Positions 48,311 to 58,376 of a stretch of DNA of 64,000 bases are shown here, one piece after another; position 1 is the first letter of the stretch; every line of letters begins with the position of its first letter. Source of the DNA: Amphiscolops sp. MND2022. Lineage: Eukaryota. A program made the translations under genes and the position numbers. The stretch covers positions 85,128,001 through 85,192,000 of the forward strand of contig OZ076409.1 of the NCBI GenBank assembly GCA_964187785.1, given 5' to 3'. Under the pieces are notes generated by a model that ran no database searches, was not told the origin of the DNA, and worked only from the letters and a program-made list of their open reading frames with translations.

Positions 48311-48694
48311 GGTTTTCTGATTCTCTTTTTTCATCAAGCAGTTTGTAGCAATTTTTTTCCATATTCGGCTTCTTAGTAAGATTTTTCTTGCCATATTGGG
48401 CTTCCTAGTAAGATTTTTCTTGGAAACATGGCTCTCTCGAAACGATCTTACCATGGCATCTTGCAATTCTTGGCAAAATCTTGTCGCAATCTTAGCTAAG
48501 ATTTTTCCAAGATCTTAACAAGATCTTGCCAAGATTTTATTAAGATATCCATGGAGGGTCGACCCGGATACACATCAACTCTGATAACCAAATATAGGTT
48601 TGAATAACGAAATCCAAGAGTATAATAATTCTTATACTCTACTGTATACTGTACTTTTACTGTATACTGTATACTGTATATTGTACTCTACTGT

Positions 48695-49397
48695 AGCTGT
48701 ACTAATCTCTCCAATCAGCTCCAAGAGTTTACCCAGTGTAAAATCTCTTGCAACTCTTGATAATAATCTTGGATATTCCTGAATTTCTTGGTAAGAAGTT
48801 TGCCAAGATTCTTACCAAGAAATCGACGAATTTGCAAAATCTTGCAAGATCGTGCCAAAAAATTCAAGAGATGAACTGACAAAACTGAATGAAAACAAAC
48901 AAAAACTGACGCCAACTGCAGCTTGATCAGGTTACCTATCATGCCGCAGCTTTTCGCGCTACCAACCAAGCTATCACGTTCTGAAATTCACTACTTTGTG
49001 TTGTCCTATATTCAATACTTCAAAAGATGATAGTGTAGCTGATAGTGCGAACAACAGCAAAATACTTGTAAACAGAATTGATGTGTTTGTTTTACAACTT
49101 ATTCACTTCTTGTCTTCTCTTGACACTCTTTATAAGACTCTTACCAAGAATACTATCAAAAAATTCAAGAGGTTTGTGTGAAGCAAGAATAAACAAGATC
49201 TTATCAATATCAAGAGTTTCAAGAGTAAACGGGAATATGTAACAATATGCAAGATCTTGGCAAGAGTTCCAAGAGTTTTTACACTGGGTAACGTTTTAGT
49301 CCGCTAGTCAAATTAATCCAAACAGAACTTTGACAAGCGGACTAAAACGTTAAACTCTTGGAGCTGAGAGTTTCAGCTGTGATAGATTAGTACAGCT
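48695..49397. mobile_element. Small fold-back MITE interrupted by a second MITE
   Basis: After removing 48732-49290, CAGCTCCAAGAGTTTAACGTTTTAGTCCGCTAGTCAAA pairs with TTTGACAAGCGGACTAAAACGTTAAACTCTTGGAGCTG; outer AGCTGTACTAATCT/AGATTAGTACAGCT. Confidence 0.75.
48732..49288. mobile_element. MITE with CCCAGTGTAAAA termini and TA duplication (CMC/EnSpm-like ends)
   Basis: CCCAGTGTAAAATCTCTTG ... CAAGAGTTTTTACACTGGG; TA on both sides (48730-31, 49289-90); many CAAGA/TCTTG subterminal motifs. Confidence 0.85.
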
Positions 49398-52300
49398 GTA
49401 AATAGGTTCCAGCTTATGAAACAGAGATTCTTTGATTGAATTTCCTAAACGATTTTCATTACCCACGCCTTTTGATCTTGTTTAATTAATTTATTTTGAC
49501 TGCGCATTTTCAACACAAGCAACTAAGACATATGTCACGTGATGTGTATGCCATCAACTTCAAATGGTTGCAACCTTTGGTTGCAACCGAAGGGAGACTG
49601 AGTTGGGACGTCTATAACGTCTACATTGGACTCATTTCCTGAAAGTTCAAAAACTTCAGAGGTTTGATTTTTTAGACGCACTGAAACGATGATAAACACC
49701 TGAAAAAATGAATTTTACAGTTTTGTCTGATTCTTCTTCGAATATTTTGCTCAAGAACAGGTGTAAATGAAGGATGTCCAAAGTACTGTTCAAAGGTAAA
49801 GAAACCGAACCTAAAACTTGTTAAAATTACAATTTCACTTCGAGTGTTCCATAAAACTGGAAGGAATTCGAAACATGGACAGATTATCTGAATAGGGATT
49901 CTGTTTGAACTCAAGTTATGTTTTTGGAGAAATTCACATTATTTTCACAATACAAAAAAACTTCAAGACGGAACAATTTTAAAATTTTAGAAAACTTCGT
50001 AAAGATAAAACAACCAACTAGGGTGTCACTTTTCATACAGTTTTCCGTTTTTCTAAGAGTATTTCGGACATTTCTGCTCAAAATTTACAGGGAAGTCTTA
50101 AAGTGAGTTGAAAAAATCAAAAACGCAGAGGCCCATTTAGATGAAGTAGAGACACCAAAGTCAAGTTTGCTGGTAAGTTTTAAGGCTAATTTGGCAAGGC
50201 ATGAATGTCAGGCTAATTCTCAAGAAAAATGGAAACCTCCAGCCGCCTGCTTGGTATTTTTTGTCAACTATTTGTGTGAATTTTGTGTACGACACATCTA
50301 TTCCATTAAACACTTGTTGATAATTTATAAGTCGTTTGCGAAGTCCAAAATACTATGCGGATTTTTTTTGTTTCTGGCAGTAAAGCAAAAACTAATCTAG
50401 AAGTCATCCAAAACTCAAAGAATTTAACGGGCAGTTTTTTTATTGTTCCAATTCCAATTATTATTGGTTGAAAAGCAAGTGGGACTCTTTAGGAGACATC
50501 TTTGTCATTCAAAACATTCTAAACGTATTCAAACTATACTTAGTTGAGCTTACAAAAGAGCCAACCAAGCAAGTACAGGCGGATCCGGAAGAGGATGATT
50601 GAATTTGTAGCACCGAATGAAAACTCGATAGAAACTATATTGAAAAAAGTAAGACTGCTCCGTAAACCCCTTTGTCGATCTCTGGTAAAAACCAAATCAT
50701 TTGCAAACTCGTTTGAAAGAACTCATTACAACTGACTTGAAAGAACGGAATCTTACATCCAAATTAAACTGCGTTTTCATCAGGAAGTTTGTACCTAGCT
50801 GATAACAGAGATTTATCATCTAATTATTGCTAAATTTGATCCTCAAGGGCGCAAACAAGAAGAATAGTAATACACATTTTGAGTAAAACACATTTGGATT
50901 TTATTTTCATTTTTATAATCTTCATTGATCAAGTTAGAATTAATCATATCCAATGATTTAAAATGGAATGAAATTTTATGTTGGTTCTTCTCAACAGCGC
51001 AATGGTTAATTCCTCTTTCAAACTGTACACCGAAATTGACTCCAAAAGTGATTGATGTTGCTTTGCATCGAAATGGCAATAAACTTGATGAGACCTCAGC
51101 TGGATTTAAAAATAGATGTAATGCAAACTATCCCATGGAAACATTCATAACCTTGAAAATTCGTCAATTCCAGGATGCAATTTTCAGGAAGCCTTATGAA
51201 AGCATATCAAACAGTAGAAATTTGAGCAGAAAAACAGTAAAACCACAAGAAACGTTGGAAATGTTTTAACTAATGTTTTCACACTCGTTTTGATGCAGTC
51301 AAAAAAATAAAACACCGTTTTAAAATTTTCTTTTGCATTATTTCTTGAAGCAATGTTTAAAATGGTATTTTCTTCATTTTGAGTATCTATTAGGTCAAAA
51401 AGAAGAAATGTCTTTAAAAAATGCTAAAAATTCGTGAACAATTAGGTTCCTGCCACCTTTTGCAACAAAAAACAAATATATCGTCAGCTTAGCACAAAAG
51501 GCACGAACATTGAAAAGTCTTTCGATGCCAAAAGTAGAATTAACGTTTCGGATTTGTTTATATGAATGAATTACTGACGTATCCCAGCTTTGTTGCCTTG
51601 CGGTCTAATTAAATTCGCCTATACATCTCAATTAGCTGATTTTCCACTTTTGGCTATTTTTTCATGGCAATACGTTCAGTTCGTTTCGTTGACGGATTTT
51701 CCCAAAAAAGCAATACGGTGAAAATTGGAGTCAAAACAAAAACAACCGCGTCGTTGTCTCAAAAAGGTATTGTCATCTCGAAATACAATGTCTGGTGAGT
51801 TCGTTTTGTCGGATATCTAAGCGATATTGAAAGTATCGGGAACCATCAGATGGTTGCAACAATCAAACATTAACGAAAACCAATGAAATCAATTTTTCTA
51901 GTTGTCTCATGCTACCGCCTGTCTAAACCATCAAACACAGTCAGGAAGGGACATTCCCAAGAACCATCTCATTAGTTTAAAACTATCTTACAAATCAAAC
52001 GAAAACTGAGATTTCATTACATTTCAATTTGTAAACTTTAGTTTGTGTATTATTTGGTTTGCTTATTATTATTTGACAGCATACCCTTGTTGAAACTTCT
52101 TAAACTTTTTGCATGTACTTTAATGTTGCCAGCAACTTTTATTATGATTTTCTAAAACTCTTACGGAAACTTTAATGAGAAAATATTTACCTGTTGTATT
52201 CGACTTTTATCAAGCTGCTTGGAAGATTCATCAAAGTTTTGGCGGCAATTTTACGCCTTGAAGTTTTGCAGGTTTCATTAAGAAGCAGTTCTAATTTTAA

Positions 52301-52702
52301 AAGCAAATAAATTGCTCTCAGTTTAACAGCCATTTTAATGCAAAATTACTTCAGTCACCTAATAAACTGCAATATACTGTCATGTTTAGCGTCCTATTTG
52401 AGACGCGGTGATCACATCAGATGAGTAGTTGAGAAAGCAAATTGTAAATACAATAAGGTCGTGTCGGTGATGATGTATCTATTTTCAAATTTAATAGCAG
52501 TAGTGGAAAATGCAGTGTAATTCTACAAGATTTACCACCTGAATTACCCTGAATTTTCTAGGTTTTATAAACAATTACCATGCATGCAGGCCTGCAGCAT
52601 GTAAAAAGTTCCTGCAGTCTCAACTAGGGTAGCTATACAGACAGGCAGAAAGGAAATCAGCTTAAATGCCTGCATATTCAGTATAGCTAACGTGTCCTAC
52701 TA

Positions 52703-53568
52703 CCCAGGTTTTCGATCTTTGCGAATCTGTGCAGATCTGCAGGATTTTTTCTGCAGGGTTCTGCAAAGATCGTTGCACTGAATCTGGAAGATCCATACAG
52801 ATCTGCAAGATCTTTACAGAAGTTTGCAGATTTACTTTAGAGATTTTTGCAGAAATATGTTTTTCTGCAGCTTCTATGGAACCAGTAACTGCATTTTTGG
52901 ACTTCTTTAACTACTTCATCAACTATTTTCATCAACTCATCAAGGCTCAGTCAGTTGATACTCTTGATCACTCAAAATTCTCGAGAAGAAAAATTTGTCC
53001 CCATCACGGTAGTTATGGTGACTGGAGAATGCGCCGTATTGGTTATACACGGTAATTATCCATTTCACTTGAACTTTCCAGATGTGGTTGTTGAACTTTG
53101 AGAAGCTCGTTTGCCTCATTGACTTCGTTTTGACGGATGAAATTTGACACGTGGCAACCTTCTGGTTTGGTAGATATGTTGATAAAATGTTGTTGTTGTA
53201 ATATTTCGGGAACATGGTTTGTTGGAGTAATTTTAATAATTTCTGGTAAATCGGAATACGTTATAGTAATTTACTGATCATTGTTTGGATCTGTAAAGAT
53301 CTGCAAAACTCTACAGATCTGTACAGATTGCTGCAGAAAAATGTTTCATCATTATGACATAAATTAGACTTTTCTCGAGTTTTAAACACTTTTATTATTC
53401 GTTTGACATCGCTGTTTGGTTTTTAGTGTGTTTCTGGTAACGTCATTTTTCTTCGAATCTGCACATATCTGCAAAGATCTGCAAAAATCCTGCAGATCTG
53501 CACATTTCTGCAAAGATCTACAAAAATCCTGCAGATCTGCACAGATTCGCAAAGATCGAAAACCTGGG
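52703..53568. mobile_element. MITE (866 bp) with ~47-bp perfect TIRs, CCCAG termini, TA flanks
   Basis: CCCAGGTTTTCGATCTTTGCGAATCTGTGCAGATCTGCAGGATTTTT versus AAAAATCCTGCAGATCTGCACAGATTCGCAAAGATCGAAAACCTGGG; repeated AGATCT(G) subterminal motifs. Confidence 0.9.
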
Positions 53569-54775
53569 TAGTTTCTAGAAAAGGACCAGTGGAACAAGTG
53601 GCCGTTCACGTCCATTTCGAAAAATCATGTACTTATTTATAAACAGGTAAAACGTTACATGATACTCATGTATATAGCCTTGTAGCGGACTGGTAAGTCT
53701 ACTCGCCTTCCCCCTTCTTATTCATTTCATCGTGCCGATTATACAAACAAACAATCAGTCAGGTGAAGTAATAATTAATTTTAGAACTACGATGCAATCA
53801 CTGTTGCTATATTCAGATCTCTTGCAATTTATAACTTTTATGACCACCTTGAAAATGAATGTCATCCTAGGAAAAGTATACAAACCCTAAGATAGACACT
53901 CGAAACACAATTTGATGTTTACCCGAGTACTGTAAAGTTGTATCGTTACATCGTTGAATTAGGCAAAAGCTTTAATTTTTCTTCCTGTATAATTTCTTAT
54001 GCCTTCAACCACGAGAAAAAAGGCTAAAGCCACAAGTACTGCTTGCACCAGTACTGTAATAAAAGATTATTTTCAAAATATCAATTTCTACTGTTTCTCA
54101 TTTTATTATTAGCGAAATTGTTTTTCCAAATCCGCCCATTGTGACATATTTGGTCGTCTCTTGTCATTCATGAAAAGAAATGTTTACGTCAAAAAATGAT
54201 TGCCTGCACAGTTTTTACTATAAACCTTAAAAAAACTCGGCGATCTAGCTTTGTATCATAAAAATTTTCAACATAATTATGCTCTATCGACTTCCCTAAG
54301 CCTTTAAAAAAGTGATTGACATCCTAAAGAATAATGTACAAGTTTCCATCATCTTTGACTAGGATAGCCTTAGAGGTGCGTTTAGTTTGAAAAAATGCCC
54401 TTCCAAGCTCAAGATCTGAATGTCATCAAAAAAACATCAAACGTTAAGGGGGTTAAGGAGGCTGACTATTTTGACGATAATTTTTGGTACAGAATTTTCC
54501 CTCAAAAAGAAGTGTTTCATCTTCATTCTATATTTAATTTATTTGTAAATTATTGACAGTATGAAGATTAAACGCTTTTTACTAAAGCGAAATTCTGTAA
54601 CAAAGATTATTGTCAAAGAACTCAGCCGAAACATCTAATTGAAAAACAGTTGCTGAATTTGTAACGAAATCTGTCTCAAATTTTTCTTCAAAATGAGGCC
54701 TGGGTGCATCAAAATGATGAACAGATCCTAACAACAACTGTGACGCAATTAAGGAACAAGTTACTTCATTGCAAT

Positions 54776-54979
54776 TGCTTTCAAATATAGCGATTTACCT
54801 TTTATCCTTTGTGTTACAATTGGGAACAGCTTTTTGCCAACCATTTCTTGTTGAATTGTCAGGTTTTGTGAAGCATGCTTGAGAAAATTGACACTTCAAC
54901 AAGAAGTTAACTTGTGGCAACAACGCGATTCCCAATTGTGACGCAAAGGATAAAAGATGAATCGCTTTATTTGAAAGCA
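54776..54979. repeat. Imperfect inverted repeat (51-bp outer arms, about 5 mismatches, plus an inner stem)
   Basis: TGCTTTCAAATATAGCGATTTACCTTTTATCCTTTGTGTTACAATTGGGAA versus TTCCCAATTGTGACGCAAAGGATAAAAGATGAATCGCTTTATTTGAAAGCA. Confidence 0.85.
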
Positions 54980-55497
54980 TTTCTGATCAATTTGTTGATG
55001 CATTTGTTGTGCATACATAGGGTACGGAAAACTCAGCACAGGAAAAATCAACGCACTCTCGCACCTTATATTTATTTCGACTCACAAGTGAAAAACTTCT
55101 CAGTAGGCTCATTGAATTAACTAATTAGTGACTTTGGATTATTAATTTGATTACATTTAATGATACATACTATATAATGAAAATTCTAAGCGTTACTTTT
55201 TCGTTACTTCAAATTCTACCTTGATTCGAAATAACTGTAGTTATTTCGAATCAAGGTAGAAATTGAAGTAACGAAAAAGTAACGCTTAGAATTTTCATTA
55301 TATAGTATGTATCATTAAATGTAATCAAATTAATAATCCAAAGTCACTAATTAGTTAATTCAATGAGCCTACTGAGAAGTTTTTCACTTGTGAGTCGAAA
55401 TAAATATAAGGTGCGAGAGTGCGTTGATTTTTCCTGTGCTGAGTTTTCCGTACCCTATGTATGCACAACAAATGCATCAACAAATTGATCAGAAATG
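54978..55497. repeat. 520-bp near-perfect palindrome (259-bp arms, 2-nt centre)
   Basis: Centre TTCGAAATAACT-GT-AGTTATTTCGAA at 55237/55238; arms pair out to CATTTCTGATC / GATCAGAAATG; one internal mismatch noticed. Confidence 0.97.
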
Positions 55498-55725
55498 AAA
55501 GAACATTCCACAGATTTTTATCGAAATTCTCCGTGACTTCTCGTATAACATATTCGTTTCATTTTCCACGGAGTTTGTGCACAATTGCTCAACAAATAGT
55601 TAACATAATAATTATTATGTTAACTATTTGTTGAGCAATTGTGCACAAACTCCGTGGAAAATGAAACGAATATGTTATACGAGAAGTCACGGAGAATTTC
55701 GATAAAAATCTGTGGAATGTTCTTT
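55498..55725. repeat. 228-bp perfect palindrome (114-bp arms, no spacer) directly abutting the previous one
   Basis: Centre AACATAATAA|TTATTATGTT at 55611/55612; arms pair out to AAAGAACATTCC / GGAATGTTCTTT. Confidence 0.97.
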
Positions 55726-58376
55726 TGTTGAATTTTCTTGTGTTGAGTTTTCTTCTGTTGAACTTTCTTATGTTGACGTTTTTGTGTTGCTTTTCTAGTA
55801 TCTTTTATTTCCAAATCTTTCATATCCACATATCCATCAAAATGTTAAGGAAAAATTTGATACTTATTTGAGTGGGCTTTTGTGGCGTCAGAGAAATAAT
55901 GGAAATGGGTTGTTCGATGCCAAAGTGAATGACATTTTGTAATACAATCCGAAAATCTAACTATTCATTTCATGTAAAGAGTCGGTACATCAAAGAGCCT
56001 AGCCACAAAGGGTACTAAAATAAAAATACTGTACATATACGAGGCGTTTTTTGCCTGGCTTGACAAGGAAAAACGTTTTTTTTTCTAACTGAATAGTTTT
56101 TTCAATTTTAGAAAGTCCTTTTACGGTGCTAAAAATCAGTTCTCTTCATTTGTGCAAACATTGGAAATTAAAAAATCGAGCAGTCACAATTTTTGAGCTA
56201 TGATGAACACTCGCGTCTAAATTCAACCTGATGATGGAAGTAGCCATATTTTTCTAAAAGTGTGTCCATTGCGTTTATTTTGCTGCTTTGCACTTCTTAT
56301 AATGATCTCTTTTATCTCGAGAATATTTGAACATTTTTCACAGTTTAGACAGTAACTGTTCAATTTAAAACTGCTTGTTTGTTTAAAACAGCGTAAAAAC
56401 TCCCAAGCCTGTTGATTTTGTTTTCAAAAGTCTAGAACAGCAGTTTTAGTCATTGAATGTCATTTATTTTCATCAAATGTTTGAAATATGCACTGGCTCC
56501 GGACTTTGCGCTAAAACTTTGCACTTCTCTTGTCTCTGATTGCATTTCAGCATGTTTCAAAATATGCTAGGGTCACTTTGACCGAACCTTGAAACCAGTA
56601 GGGTGAAAGGGCCAGAAACAAAATTTGGAAAAACGGAAAATCTGTGCTCGATTTTTTTCTGATTTTTTGGTCCCATTTTCTTGACATCGTATCAATATTC
56701 CGTGAAAAGACGTCTAATGCTATGCAAAATTGTCTAAAAATCTTATTCAAGAGTTTTCTTCACCATACGGTCAGCTGGTGCGTTAAGAAGATTGCAGACA
56801 TTAGCTGGTATGAAATCGTACCATGGTCCATTTAGGGTTGAGGTTGTTACTAGGCTGATATCATCAAAAATGGATCCAGAAATTGTTCTAAATTATCAGG
56901 AATGGTTGCTGTGTTGCAGAAATGTATAGTCGACCACGTAAATTTTTGGGACTCATGTTTTAAAAGAAATTTGTCTGAACATTAAACATGTCGTCTTGTT
57001 TAAAAACACAAGACGCCATATTTAATGTATTTTCAGACAAAGTTCTTGAAAAATATACCTCTTTGATTGTAAAGACACTGCTGTGCGTAAACTACACTGT
57101 TGCGGTAGCCAGCAGTATTGGGTTCGGTCAATATGTTCCATAAACGTCGTTTAAGGATAATAGTCAACTAATGCATTCATTGGCGAATTTTGTCTAGTAC
57201 TTCCTAACCATTTGACAATGTTTTATTTTACCTTGGATGTTTTTCACACATTAGGAATTTCCTTAAAGTTTCCTGAAAACCACTTGAGCTAATCCCTAAG
57301 ATTCCATACGAGCATTTTTTGAAGACTGCATATTTTGAAGCTCAAAGAGGCGCCGAATTACGCCGCTCCCAATATGTTTTCAGTCCAATTTTTTTGCTAA
57401 ATCATATCAGATGCAATCATCATGATTATGAAAAAAATTAAGACGGTTAAAGCAGCAATTTTTGAAACAAGATAACGAACTGTAACAAATTTCCAACACC
57501 ACATTTCATTTTTGTAAACAAGAAAATAAATTCTTATCAGCAGTGCAATTTAATCAGTGCTATCGTTTCATCAATTTCACAATTTCACCTCACAAGGTCA
57601 TTGCAATTTCACAATGGGACTGCACTCAGTTCAACATAGCTTGAGACATTTGCCAAAATCTTGCATATTCTTACAGATTCCCGTTCACTCTTGAAACATC
57701 TGATCCAGAAAAACTTGTTAAATGTTTTCTAGCAATCTTCGAGAGAAGATTATCAAGAATCTCAATAAAGAATATAGACTATATAAAACAAACAGAAATG
57801 TGTGGAATCAATTTGCAACTTGTTTCAGCTTCAAAAACGGTGTAATAAACAATAAAAAGTACTGTGTTTTAAAAATAGTTCTAAAGTGTTTTTTTTTTAA
57901 AATTGAAACCAGGACTGAAACTTTGGATGCGATGGCTTGGTTGGTAACGTGAACACCTGCGGAAAAACTGGTACGCTGATCAAGTCGCAGCTGGTGGCTG
58001 TTTCAATTTAACCTATTTGTTTTCCCGGTTTTATTTTGCAACACCTGAGATTTCGTAATAGTTCTTGACGTTTTTGGTTGGAATCTTACCTCATTTTTAA
58101 AAACTACTGTTTCACTATAATGCAGCCTTCTCCTCAAAAACTCCAGATTTCATACAGATTGTCAACTATGTGGCACTATCGTAAGAGAAAATATCGTATC
58201 CATGTTAATTTCTAGACAAATCTAATTTTATTAAAAAAGAAGATTCCCTTCAATCATGCAAGTTTCCAATTGAAAGTATGTTATAAACGTTTTGATCTAG
58301 CGCGACGAAAAAAGACTTGCAAATTCTTTTGTGGATTAGTTTCTACTTAGAGTGCTTTGAAAAACAGGCATAGGAC

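Noticed and set aside
49670..51270. Decayed hAT-like transposase
   Set aside because: Only vague peptide resemblance in short frames; no convincing motif, TIR pair or TSD. A tBLASTn or HMM search is needed.
55576..55650. Protelomerase (telomere resolvase) target site
   Set aside because: Only a superficial likeness (perfect AT-rich palindrome); no resolvase or linear-replicon genes in the window.
55620..55829. 69-aa Lys/Gln-rich ORF
   Set aside because: Derived from ~15-bp degenerate repeats plus one palindrome arm; no evidence of coding.
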